From assembly GCA_964590315.1 (NCBI GenBank), contig CAZPVS010000003.1, positions 16,699 to 80,698 on the forward strand: a stretch of 64,000 bases of DNA, read 5' to 3'. This DNA is from an uncultured Candidatus Saccharibacteria bacterium. Lineage in GTDB: Bacteria > Patescibacteriota > Saccharimonadia > Saccharimonadales > JALRHH01. Shown piece after piece: positions 9,501-17,697 of this stretch. The notes under the pieces are model-generated. The model worked only from the letters and a program-made list of their open reading frames with translations. It ran no database searches and was not told the DNA's origin. Position 1 is the first letter of the stretch. Every line of letters begins with the position of its first letter. Both the position numbers and the translations under genes were made by a program.

Positions 9501-12500
9501 AAGCGCCAGTCAGAATTGAGAGGTCGCTGCCAGTACCGGTAATGATGCGGTTCGCCGCGCTGGAACTTCCAGAGTTATTGCTTAAAGTGGCAGTGTTGGC
9601 ACCGATATTCATAAGGGTGATGATACGACCGTCCGTGCCACCAGCTATGCCAGTAATGGTCTGTGCGGAAGCGCCAGTAAGGCGGAAGAGCGCGCCGGTG
9701 CCAAAATCAACATTATTACTCGTTCCGGTGGTACTGAAATCAGTCCCCCGCTGGAAAGCAACATTGCCACCATTGGATATGGTCAGCCCGCCGTTCAAAG
9801 TGGTGGCCTGTGTCACCGTCAATGCCCCATTCACAGTTGTAGTGATACCGGTTCGGGAGATAGATACGGCATTAGCATTGGTTGTACCGAGATTGAGGGT
9901 GGCGGCACCACCGGTATCGACAGTTAGGGTGTTTGCTCCACCACTCCTAATACTTAAGGCACCGGAAGATACGAGGTTAGTGCTTGAACCAAGACTGACG
10001 GTGCCAGAACCAGCTTGGATCGTTAGATCACCAGCAGTCGTACTAACAGTACTTGCTGCGTTGCCAGTAATAGCAAAGTCATCTTGTGGGGTGAGGAGGT
10101 AGCTAGAGCCATTAGATTGCCCGGCGTAGATGGTGTTGGTGCCCGCGTCGCTAATACTACTAGCGCCGGTGCCAGAATAGATGTTGTCGGAGAGATAGGT
10201 GTTGTCTGAGGCGGCATCGTTAACCTCTATGGCGTACCCAGTGCCGGCAGTATCGGTAATAGTGTTGCTGGTGATGTGGGTACGGTCAGAGTCATTGACA
10301 TAGATGGAGGAGTGGGCGGTGCTGGCAGTATTGTCTTTGAGGTTGTTGCTGGTAATGGTGTTGTCGGTACCACTGGTGATGCGGATACCGCTGCTGCCGC
10401 TACTAACGACGTTGTTGTTGGCTACCATGGTGAAGAATGAGGCACTTAGCCAGATGCCATGACCAGTCATTCCAAAGAGTATGTTATTGGTGACAACGTT
10501 GCTCCGACCGTTGCCTATGTATATACCGTTGCCCGTGTTGGCCTGAAGGGTGTTGTTGGTGATGTTGTTGTAGGATGAAGTGTTGAGGCGGATACCGTCA
10601 CTGATGAAGTTGCTAATCCAGGTGTTGGTCACAATACCACCCTGACGACTACCGGATTGACTCCCCATACCTTCAAGGTAGATACCATACATGGTACCAG
10701 TCGTGTTCGTGGCTTTGTCACCATCCAACCGTACATCACGAATAACAACACCCGTACCAGTCGTGGTATCAGTGTTGGTGATCATGTTCTTGGTTTGGCC
10801 GGCGATGTTCGCAAATTGGATGAGGGTACCACGGCCAGCACCAGACAGCGTCGTGTTATTCGGAATAGAGATAACGTCATCAGTGGTGAAGGTACCTTCG
10901 AAGAGGTAGACCTTTCCGCCAGCGGCAGCAGTTAAGGCACTATTAATCTCTGTTTGGTCAGCAGTACCGTCTGCGACGTAGTCTGCACTGTCTTTGATGG
11001 CTTGGGAGGCGGTGCTGGGGGCGACGGTCTTAGTAGCAGTACTACGGTCTGCCTGCCACTTACCGTTACTGTAGGTTAGGAGACTCTTGGTGGTAGTGTC
11101 AAAGTAGAGCATGCCTTCGGTTGGGGAGGCAGGACGGGAGGCGGTGTTCCCGCCGGTGATGGTGAGGCTCTTACCTGCTGCCACAACAACATCACCATTG
11201 AAGGTAGCCGTACCCGTACCACTTGCAAACGTACCAGAGCTGGCAGATTGGTCGAAGTTGTACGCACCAGCCGCAAAGGTAAAGCCCGTAGCACCAGTAA
11301 TGGCACCAGCGGAGCTAATGTCTATGTTAGTGGTCTGGAGGCTAAAGGTACCAGAACCACCACCGATAGTAACAAGACCCGTGCTGGTACCGGTGTTTAT
11401 GTTGGTAGCGTTGTTGGCGTTAACGTTAATGTTAGTTACGCCTGTTACACCAACACTGGTACCAGATTGAAGTGCAATAGCACCAGCAGCAGAGTTACCA
11501 ATGCTAATGGCACCGGTTGAAGTACCAGTGTTAATGTTGGTGGTGTTGTTAGAGCTAACATTGAGGTTGAGGGTGCCACCAAGGATTGAGGTTGCACCGG
11601 TTACGGTAACTGTACCGTTAATACCTACGGTGTCGAGTGAATCACCGACGGTGAGACTATCTGCGTCGGCGTTGTTAGCAATTTGGATAGTGTCACAGGT
11701 TGCAGAGTTACATAGTGAAACAGCAGTCGTAGTTGCACCGTTACCAACGGCTAGTGTACCGCTACCACCACCAATGTAGTCGACCGCTGCGGTCAGGACA
11801 GAAGTGTCTGCATAGAGTGTACGCCAGCTGGCAGCAGTAGAGCCAAGATCAAGCGTGTTGTCTGCGTTGGCGAGAAGACTGAGGTTGACGGCTACGGTAC
11901 CACTGAGGTTAGAGAGTTGTTGGTTTGCACCGCCACCGGTTGTGGCAACACCACCAACTATACGCCAGAGACTTGCACCACTGTCATATATAAGAGTAGT
12001 TGACGCACCGGCAGGTAGGATGAGGTCAGCACCGGTACCGGTCGTAATGCGGTTAGCTGCTGATGAGCTACCCGAATCGTTAGACAGTGTGACGTTTGCG
12101 CTAGCGTCAGCATTAACTAGTGTGAGCATAAATCCATCACGGCCACCGGCAATACCCGTAATAGTCTGGGCTGCACCAGACGTGTCTAAGCGAACGAGAG
12201 AGGCACCGCCAAAGTCTACGTTGTTGGCAGAGCCGGCAGTGGTGTAATCTGCACCACGCTTTGTGGCAAGTGAACCAGTTATGTCGGTGGTGTCAGTGAC
12301 GGCGTTGCCGAGGGTGGTGTTGCCGTTAATCGTGACATTTTCATTCACAACAAGCGCACCATTTACCGTGAAGTTTGTACCACTGGCTCCAGCTGCGATA
12401 CTGCCATCGCCATTTACCTGGAATGATGTCGTGGCTCCATTGTTTGAAGTTGTCTTGAATACATACTGTCCGGCATTACTGCTTTGTATGTCAATTGATA

Positions 12501-14859
12501 CGCCGTTAGCAGACGCATTTGTAGTGTCAAGCACCCCTAGATTACCCGTACCTGCACCAGTCAGATTGAGTACTGCACCAGTAGACGCAGTGTACTGTTG
12601 GTTTAGGTTCAATATATTACTACTGTCATTGCATGTGCCAGCTGTCTGAGTACAGGTTGACTGGAGGTTGGCGAGCGCACCGGTAATGTTATAGGTTGCG
12701 CCAGCGTTGTTGACTGTATTGGATCTTACGAGGTTTAAGAATTGTCCAGAGTCGGTTCGAGTAGCCGCAGCGGTAAGTGTTCGGGTTGGCGTTACATTAA
12801 GATATGCACCGCTAAAGTCAGCTGTTATAGCAGATGCAGCGCCAGTAACGTTCAGCGCCTTACCTGTTGTGAAGCCATTTGCAGTAGTATTGAACAAGAA
12901 TCCATTACCTGTTGTGATACTTGTACCTGCTGCATTGAATGAAGACCCAGTTGAAGTACCCACAGCAGAGAAGCCTGTTCCGGCTGAACTGCTGCTTGCT
13001 GTGCCCAAGATGCTCAACCCACTGTTGACCGTATCGATGGTGAACACTGAGGCACCAGCGGCATTCGCGACATTAAGTGCAAAGTTGGTATTTTCAACAG
13101 AGCGTATTGCAACTGGTGCAGTAATAACCGAGCTGACCTGCAGTGTGCCAGTACTTGGTTGCATACCACTCTGGTTTACGCCCGAGTGCAAACCTATTCC
13201 GTCTATATATATAGTACGAGCAACTGCATCGTTTTGCATTATATAGATACTTGACGGCGCAGTGATGGTCGCTCCAGTAGTAAAGGTACAGTTTAGCCGA
13301 TACCAACCTGAGTTAGTCGCAGTCTGTACTGCGCAGTTAACGTTTGTACCAGAAACATCCTGTCGCCCCATAATAAATGCACTAACCGTTCCAGTACTAA
13401 TCCTGACAAATGCGGTGAGCGTATACTGAGTAGATGGTGTCAGAGTAACATCATATGAAGCACCTTGGTTAGCTCCAGTCGTAGTGAAGCTCATGCTGTT
13501 TGCTCCGTACAACTTCTGGGCAGTAGACTGCGTCGGTGCGCCCGCACCACCCTTTGATGCCCAGCCACTTACACCACTCTCAAATGATGAGTTAGGTATG
13601 AGATTCGTATATAGATCAGACGTGCCAGCAACCAGCACATCTTCAGCATCCTGATTCCGAATGACGAATGCCGATGAGTTGTCAGTGGAGGTTTGGATAG
13701 TAGTTTGTCCGCCGGTAAAGTTGATTGCCGTACCACTGAAGTTGAGCGTGTCAAGACTGTCACCCACGTTCACCGTGTCGGCATCTGTGTTGGTTGCAAC
13801 ATTGACTGTGTCACAACTTGCACTATTACATACAGAAATACTCGTGGCGGTACTATCGCCAATGCTGAGGGTGCCAGCGGCCCGAGTGTCTAGCGAGGAA
13901 GCAACCTGGAGGTTACCTGCGGCAGTAACGGCGGCGAGTACTGATCCGGCACTTGCCTGGAATTGCATGAGATCAACGGTCTGCCCGTTAGCAGCCCCAC
14001 GGATAACACCACCAATTGTTCCATTGGCTCCGCTATCGCGTGCCTGGATATTGAAGTTGGTCTGAGTTTGTACAACGGTATCGTTCTGGATGTAGTAGGC
14101 GGAGCCTGCGGCTGCTGGACAGTTACTCGCTGCACCATTGTAAACACAAATTGTACCCGGACTGCCTGTTGTTGCGAGGCTCGTATCCGGGAAAAGATAC
14201 GTTCTGTCTGCCGTTAAATTGCTGAAATCTACCGTACCCGTAAACGAACCCGTGTTTTTACTCAACGTCTCCGCGCTGTCGGCAACGGTTGCTCGGAACG
14301 CAAATGGGACGCTCGTCAGCCTGATGCGGGGAGTCATCTCTCCATCCCATCCTGGAGCACCCGTACCACCAATGTTCATGGTGAGCCAGAGCTGCTGGTT
14401 CCAGATGTTGGTAGGAAGTGAAGTTACGTCACCGAGGTAGGCGCTTAGGTAACCGTTCTTGACCTGAATCTTGTTTCCGGCTGTGCGCGTCTCTGTCCAC
14501 AAACATGCAGCATCACCAGTACACGAACCCTGGGATGAGCCGGAGCTACTACTAGCGTTGTACAGTTTGAACTCAACGTTGTACGTTCCATCGGCAACCA
14601 GACTACCGGAACTGTTGAGGAGACGTGCCTGGAAATTAAGTGTGGTAGGCGCAGCGGCATTGACGACAGGTGGGCTCGTGCGCGTAATAGAAACAACAGA
14701 GGTCAAGACTACCATGGTCAGTAACGCAACAAACACCCTCATCCACATGCGTGCGAGGGTGTGACGTAACAGTACTCGTGTTGGAGTTGGTTTTGACACT
14801 TTGTTTGGTAGTTGTTTGTATTGGCTTTTTGAAACTTTTTGTTCTTTGACCACGAGCAT
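6553..14859 (-). CDS. Giant membrane-anchored fibre/adhesin (fibre A, 2768 aa) with a parallel beta-helix and two CBM-like modules
   Basis: Uninterrupted 8.3-kb ORF. A basic N-tail is followed by a TM helix (FVALLTMVVLTSVVSI, about 14686-14745). The body is T/S/G/N/A-rich with very few charged residues and contains paired-Cys modules (CNSASCDT, CNSATCDT). Other elements: PbH1-type beta-helix repeats, two N..FE.G...W beta-sandwich modules, and an internal diverged duplication (about 9300-9780 versus 11800-12270). The C-terminal roughly 150 aa are homologous to the C-terminus of fibre B. Confidence 0.9.
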   Translation of the reverse strand: MLVVKEQKVSKSQYKQLPNKVSKPTPTRVLLRHTLARMWMRVFVALLTMVVLTSVVSITRTSPPVVNAAAPTTLNFQARLLNSSGSLVADGTYNVEFKLYNASSSSGSSQGSCTGDAACLWTETRTAGNKIQVKNGYLSAYLGDVTSLPTNIWNQQLWLTMNIGGTGAPGWDGEMTPRIRLTSVPFAFRATVADSAETLSKNTGSFTGTVDFSNLTADRTYLFPDTSLATTGSPGTICVYNGAASNCPAAAGSAYYIQNDTVVQTQTNFNIQARDSGANGTIGGVIRGAANGQTVDLMQFQASAGSVLAAVTAAGNLQVASSLDTRAAGTLSIGDSTATSISVCNSASCDTVNVATNTDADTVNVGDSLDTLNFSGTAINFTGGQTTIQTSTDNSSAFVIRNQDAEDVLVAGTSDLYTNLIPNSSFESGVSGWASKGGAGAPTQSTAQKLYGANSMSFTTTGANQGASYDVTLTPSTQYTLTAFVRISTGTVSAFIMGRQDVSGTNVNCAVQTATNSGWYRLNCTFTTGATITAPSSIYIMQNDAVARTIYIDGIGLHSGVNQSGMQPSTGTLQVSSVITAPVAIRSVENTNFALNVANAAGASVFTIDTVNSGLSILGTASSSSAGTGFSAVGTSTGSSFNAAGTSITTGNGFLFNTTANGFTTGKALNVTGAASAITADFSGAYLNVTPTRTLTAAATRTDSGQFLNLVRSNTVNNAGATYNITGALANLQSTCTQTAGTCNDSSNILNLNQQYTASTGAVLNLTGAGTGNLGVLDTTNASANGVSIDIQSSNAGQYVFKTTSNNGATTSFQVNGDGSIAAGASGTNFTVNGALVVNENVTINGNTTLGNAVTDTTDITGSLATKRGADYTTAGSANNVDFGGASLVRLDTSGAAQTITGIAGGRDGFMLTLVNADASANVTLSNDSGSSSAANRITTGTGADLILPAGASTTLIYDSGASLWRIVGGVATTGGGANQQLSNLSGTVAVNLSLLANADNTLDLGSTAASWRTLYADTSVLTAAVDYIGGGSGTLAVGNGATTTAVSLCNSATCDTIQIANNADADSLTVGDSLDTVGINGTVTVTGATSILGGTLNLNVSSNNTTNINTGTSTGAISIGNSAAGAIALQSGTSVGVTGVTNINVNANNATNINTGTSTGLVTIGGGSGTFSLQTTNIDISSAGAITGATGFTFAAGAYNFDQSASSGTFASGTGTATFNGDVVVAAGKSLTITGGNTASRPASPTEGMLYFDTTTKSLLTYSNGKWQADRSTATKTVAPSTASQAIKDSADYVADGTADQTEINSALTAAAGGKVYLFEGTFTTDDVISIPNNTTLSGAGRGTLIQFANIAGQTKNMITNTDTTTGTGVVIRDVRLDGDKATNTTGTMYGIYLEGMGSQSGSRQGGIVTNTWISNFISDGIRLNTSSYNNITNNTLQANTGNGIYIGNGRSNVVTNNILFGMTGHGIWLSASFFTMVANNNVVSSGSSGIRITSGTDNTITSNNLKDNTASTAHSSIYVNDSDRTHITSNTITDTAGTGYAIEVNDAASDNTYLSDNIYSGTGASSISDAGTNTIYAGQSNGSSYLLTPQDDFAITGNAASTVSTTAGDLTIQAGSGTVSLGSSTNLVSSGALSIRSGGANTLTVDTGGAATLNLGTTNANAVSISRTGITTTVNGALTVTQATTLNGGLTISNGGNVAFQRGTDFSTTGTSNNVDFGTGALFRLTGASAQTITGIAGGTDGRIITLMNIGANTATLSNNSGSSSAANRIITGTGSDLSILTGASVELAYDSGASLWRVIGAAAGGAGANTALSNLSSVAINTSLLTGADNTIDLGSAAFSWRSLYADTSVLTPTVDVSAAGTLSLGTTTATAITLGRSGAEVTVDSTRLSVNGNSITNSKLVVGGALNTTTTSSVYGIQNQFSVNPSGGSLSNVYGFINIPNLSGSNYTIGDVYGGYNRIDIAAGFTGVVTDARALYAAGPSIAGTGTITNYMGLEVGNLNGHGGNTSGTWNNYGVKVGSNTAAAGAGGTLNNYGLHITQPSGAGGTTNNYGIYIQGNGGGSTNYAIYSTSTAAALFSGQMVFSGVTTDITTGTNQDLTLLANGTGVINLDDSITAGGDITFAQGANRTLSVAQNTTANAAGYQMTLRAGQANGSTTGNTGGGLVLQGGDAAGSGNNNGGSVTISGGAATGSGSQGLVNLSTSAFTSAAEQAFTSSTSITAGNVDLYSSLPVKANTNLGSVLTVPDPAQSVIGRVLYISARSGSLDFTMRLNAARTPIDIAMKANSTATLIWNGTDWTAAGASSSTDLQSAYNNTLTSAGGAEIVLNASGGSADGFTIRNNGTTPINGGLLEVQSSIGTNLFSVNNRGTELADNGGAETSSSFNTDWTTVGSASRSRTTTAGQYVTGQAGVSVTTTALANDGVRNNLTANPVVSTTYQVSFTAKLSAGTFSTLQVAYSRDGGTDIEPCTSYSSQTLSTSVWTKITCTITTDSTTATNPDLIIRQTDATARTIYIDNLSFMRNDTTTQPSNVQIGGGIDGGPITLFTLDRSSAPPVANGDSTYYGSMYYDTTTGRIQCYESDGWGACGSAPDNIITLTPEYAGAVLNGSGVGTMTADFCGNGGGLSVNTTFCASGEARSYYRWTSPQATLQTYSIYVNYKLPSTFKGFLDANTIKLTAYRDDASDTNALANLEVYRKNVSGGTISLCGSSTNITQSSNSWEQRSQTGDETGCSFVAGDYVIFKINMSARNNKNVYVENLDFTFSNT
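7292..7745 (-). other. CBM4/9-like beta-sandwich module 2 of fibre A
   Basis: ELADNGGAETSSSFNTDWTTVG....TYQVSFTAKLSAG....WTKITCTITT....ARTIYIDNLSFM. This has the same layout as module 1 and as carbohydrate-binding jelly-roll modules. Confidence 0.5.
9807..10758. repeat. 952-bp tract 100% identical to 23047-23998 (copy in fibre A)
   Basis: Line-by-line comparison shows no mismatch at a constant offset of 13,240 bp. The first mismatch is at 10759/23999. Weaker homology continues to about 11170/24410. At the low-coordinate edge identity stops abruptly. Confidence 0.95.
10120..10925 (-). other. Right-handed parallel beta-helix (PbH1/pectate-lyase-like repeats) of fibre A
   Basis: GGKVYLFEGTFTTDDVISIPNNTTLSGAGRGTLIQF...VVIRDVRLDG...NTWISNFISDGIRLNTSSYNNITNNTLQANTGNGIYIGNGRSNVVTNNILFGMTGHGIWL...NNVVSSGSSGIRITSGTDNTITSNNLKDN...ITSNTITDTAGTGYAIEVND. 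These are repeats of about 22 aa with an N/I/T ladder, as in tailspike and polysaccharide-lyase beta-helices. Confidence 0.7.
13186..13608 (-). other. CBM4/9-like beta-sandwich module 1 of fibre A
   Basis: NLIPNSSFESGVSGWASKGG....SMSFTTTGANQGASYDVTLTPSTQYTLTAFVRISTG....GWYRLNCTFTT....ARTIYIDGIGLH. Confidence 0.55.
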
Positions 14860-15797
14860 CCCTACTCGATAGATCCTGATTTAAACCATAGTCTTGATAT
14901 CCCTAGCAAGATCATGGTGGGCAGGCGTTTTGTTTGCCTGCCCTTTTGTAGTTTCGCTTTTTGCCAAGTTTTGTTGTCCCTAGGTACCACTTGTGAGGAG
15001 AATGAACCTATGTGACCATTATCACTCTTAACCTTATAAAGTTCAAGTAAAAGTGTTCAAAATATTGTGTTCATGATTACACAAATAATTATTGGTTATT
15101 ATTGGTGTTTATATAGTCATTACAACAACAAAATAAAGTATTCTAGTGTTATATGTCAGAATCATCCGATCATTACCATTTAATCTTGAACCATCATATG
15201 TTGTGTTTTTTGCTATGTACTTTACATAGGAGGTTCCTCTACCCAAAGTTTTCCACAAGCACTTTGGCCTATTCCCTTCATCTGATGGCATACGGACAAA
15301 TAGTAGCTGTACCATGCGGCGACCTGAGCAGAACAACCATATAGACGGGACTAATAGCCGCCGAGTGCGTCTCGTCTAGAGCCTTCTCAGAATAGCTACG
15401 CTCACGGAAATGTTGTAAAGTGGCGAGGGGAAGTACTGGTTGTCCAAGATATCGTGTATCACATCCTGAATGGGCGCGCGGTTCTCGAGGAAATTCACTC
15501 CATATGGGTGCTTGTTTATTTGCCGGCTCAGAGACATGACGACTGACAGTCGACGTGTCGTACAGCACCAACATACAAAGTACTTTGATCACGCATGGTG
15601 TTGTATTTTATGTTATGTTTAGTTGTAGTTTAGTACATTAACCCTTACAGTCATCTGTGTTTCTGAATACATTACATTATAGAATATATTCATTTATGTT
15701 GCGTTTTCTGCAACGTAACTTTGAAGACACGCATTAAGCATGAACGCTCCTCTCTGATGCCGCATATTCTGAATTCATTTATGGCATATGGAACTGA

Positions 15798-17363
15798 CTA
15801 AAGAATATTAGTCGGTGGGGTAATAAGCTTAACGCCTGACACCATCAATCCGTCTGCACCTTTCGTGAGCGCCGTGGTTGCGGCAGCGCTATTCGGGCAT
15901 ATGTGACCGATGACAGGCTTACCGTAAGATTTTATGGTATCCCACGTAGGCTGATCAGCGTTATAGTCCATTCCTAGGATTGACCACCTGCCCTGATATG
16001 TCGCAAAATTCGCTTCATCCGCCTGATAAAAGTAGCCCCAGGTCGTATACCCCCTATCACTGAAGTCTTTGGCCGGCCCTGTTGTATTTGCTACATTGCC
16101 TCCCACGCCGTAGTATTTGCCGACGATACGGCTGGTAGACCCCGGCAAAGTGTCAAGATAATCCAATAATTCTGCTCGGAATACCGCACTGAGGTATTTT
16201 GGATCGACGAAGAGCACATGCGTGCTGTAATACATATCTATAAGCTCTTCGATACGCATATAAGGACGATTAGGCTGCGTGGGATTATTGACTGCGACGG
16301 AGCCCAGGATCTCATAACCCTGGACTTGGGCCCATGTCAGTGTCGTCTGGTCAACTCCAGTTACTCCTGAGGTCCGATCCATGGTTTGGTCATGGAGCCC
16401 AAAGAAAACACCGTCTATTGTTCTCCCTACCGATATTTCTAGTGCAGGATACCCGTACAGAGCAGATTGACCATAGGCGAATAAAGACATCTCTGGGAAA
16501 TCACGTGACCCTCCGCGGTGCGCAATGTAAAAGGTGTCTTGGGCAAGCATATGGGTAACTGACGTATAGCCTGGTCTGACAATCTTCATTCCGCCAGGTT
16601 CAATTAAACCTCCCCCGCCATCTGAGACCTGGAAACGAGCATCTACAAGTACGGTACCGTTACTGACCTTGATAGGGAGTCCGATGGGGCCAGGAGGTGC
16701 GGCTGGTATGCCGATGATAGCAGCAAGCCCGTTGTGAGTATGTGGATTTGGGTAGGTTATGGTAGCTGAGCCAGTAGGGCCCGTCGTGGGGAATGGTTTC
16801 TCTGCTACAAGGGTTGATACATCAATGCCAAGATCGACATGATGCTTCGTAAAATTAGAAACGGTTATCTGCTCTGCGGTTTCTGTGGCTATGGTGCGTT
16901 CAAATGCGAGAACGATACCCAGGGTATCGGGAGAAGTGGTCGTGATGGACGATGCTACTGCCGTTGTCGTAGTTCCAGTAGCAGCGCGGGTATCAAACGA
17001 GCCGATTACCCAATTCGCAACGACACCCCCATCACCTCCCCAAACGAATCGACTATAGGTACCATTCGTGTCGGCTGTCTGATTGAATGTGTAGGTGGCT
17101 GCAGGATTGTCGCATATACGCGCCCAGACACCGACGGACATGGTCCCAGAACCAACCTGGCCAAAAGGACGCAACACCGTCCAGTCGCCTGTGATACTCG
17201 GAATTCTCATAGCCGTACCCGTCCCTGAAACAATCATCATTATCATCCAGTCACCAAGGGCGATGATGGAGCCGTTTCTATTAGCATTTGGATCGACGGT
17301 AAAAGTTGCTCCCGACCCGTTCGCTACGATATCCGTATAACCCGTAATTGTTGGCATTGCCAT
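15798..17363 (-). CDS. Two-domain protein: N-terminal beta-sandwich-like domain plus C-terminal glycerophosphodiester phosphodiesterase (GDPD) domain
   Basis: The C-terminal part (about 15801-16532) carries the GDPD signature FYIAHRGGSRDFPEMSLFAYGQSALYGYPALEISVGRTIDGVFFGLHDQTMDRTSG (HR...E...E.S/D...HD). The N-terminal roughly 220 aa have no catalytic motif and resemble the Kelch A insert. No signal peptide or TM helix is evident. The start lies 6 nt after the stop of the upstream ORF. Confidence 0.85.
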   Translation of the reverse strand: MAMPTITGYTDIVANGSGATFTVDPNANRNGSIIALGDWMIMMIVSGTGTAMRIPSITGDWTVLRPFGQVGSGTMSVGVWARICDNPAATYTFNQTADTNGTYSRFVWGGDGGVVANWVIGSFDTRAATGTTTTAVASSITTTSPDTLGIVLAFERTIATETAEQITVSNFTKHHVDLGIDVSTLVAEKPFPTTGPTGSATITYPNPHTHNGLAAIIGIPAAPPGPIGLPIKVSNGTVLVDARFQVSDGGGGLIEPGGMKIVRPGYTSVTHMLAQDTFYIAHRGGSRDFPEMSLFAYGQSALYGYPALEISVGRTIDGVFFGLHDQTMDRTSGVTGVDQTTLTWAQVQGYEILGSVAVNNPTQPNRPYMRIEELIDMYYSTHVLFVDPKYLSAVFRAELLDYLDTLPGSTSRIVGKYYGVGGNVANTTGPAKDFSDRGYTTWGYFYQADEANFATYQGRWSILGMDYNADQPTWDTIKSYGKPVIGHICPNSAAATTALTKGADGLMVSGVKLITPPTNIL

Positions 17364-17369
17364 ATCAGG

Positions 17370-17657
17370 CTATAGCCCCGTTATTGAAACGACTACCGTG
17401 TTGACGGGTAAGGCCGGAGCATCAGCGTACTCGTTATATACCATAATTTTTGCACCGACGTCTGTTGCGTCTGCCTTTAAATCAAGAGCACCCTGAAGGC
17501 CTGTCACATCTGTAATATCATGAGAATGACTATTGTTAGCTTTATTCTCCCACTTAGATAGCGTGGCATTATAGCCGAGGACTTGGTTGTCCTGAGGATT
17601 ATTAAGTGCTACGTCGTCTGCACCCGATATGTTTCCCCCAACTGGACTGAACGACAT
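17370..17657 (-). CDS. Small phage tail-fibre-like protein with an HxH motif (95 aa)
   Basis: NNSHSHDITDVTGLQGALDLKA matches the H.H..DI.GLQ.ALD.K motif that recurs in phage tail fibre and minor tail proteins. A GAGGT Shine-Dalgarno sits about 8 nt upstream of the ATG. The gene is probably co-transcribed with the GDPD gene (6-nt gap). Confidence 0.65.
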   Translation of the reverse strand: MSFSPVGGNISGADDVALNNPQDNQVLGYNATLSKWENKANNSHSHDITDVTGLQGALDLKADATDVGAKIMVYNEYADAPALPVNTVVVSITGL

Positions 17658-17697
17658 GGCCGATACCTCATATTTATTTCAACCTGATCTTGCATAA

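Noticed and set aside
9807-10758. The identical 952-bp pair read as a DGR template/variable repeat pair or as an IS element or transposon copy.
   Set aside because: There is no reverse transcriptase, transposase or terminal inverted repeat. The tract lies mid-gene and in frame in both copies. Substitutions in the flanking decaying region are not adenine-specific. Paralogue gene conversion explains the pattern better.
14919-14947. The hairpin GGGCAGGC-N9-GCCTGCCC followed by TTTT, read as a plus-strand rho-independent terminator.
   Set aside because: There is no plus-strand gene upstream. On the minus strand it has no U-tail. It lies in the presumed 5' leader of fibre A, so it is noted only as a structure of unknown role.
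15278-15592. A 104-aa minus-strand ORF, plus 15109-15336 and 15153-15344, in the 0.94-kb gap.
   Set aside because: No recognisable motif and an odd composition. The ORFs overlap one another in different frames and none has a convincing start context. They are treated as non-coding or possible gene debris.
15798-17657. Prophage interpretation of the tail-fibre-like genes, including fibre C with its S74 domain.
   Set aside because: There are no capsid, portal, terminase, tape-measure, integrase or lysis genes anywhere in the 64 kb. The flanks are core housekeeping genes. The fibres carry N-terminal membrane anchors, so they look like cellular (domesticated) proteins.
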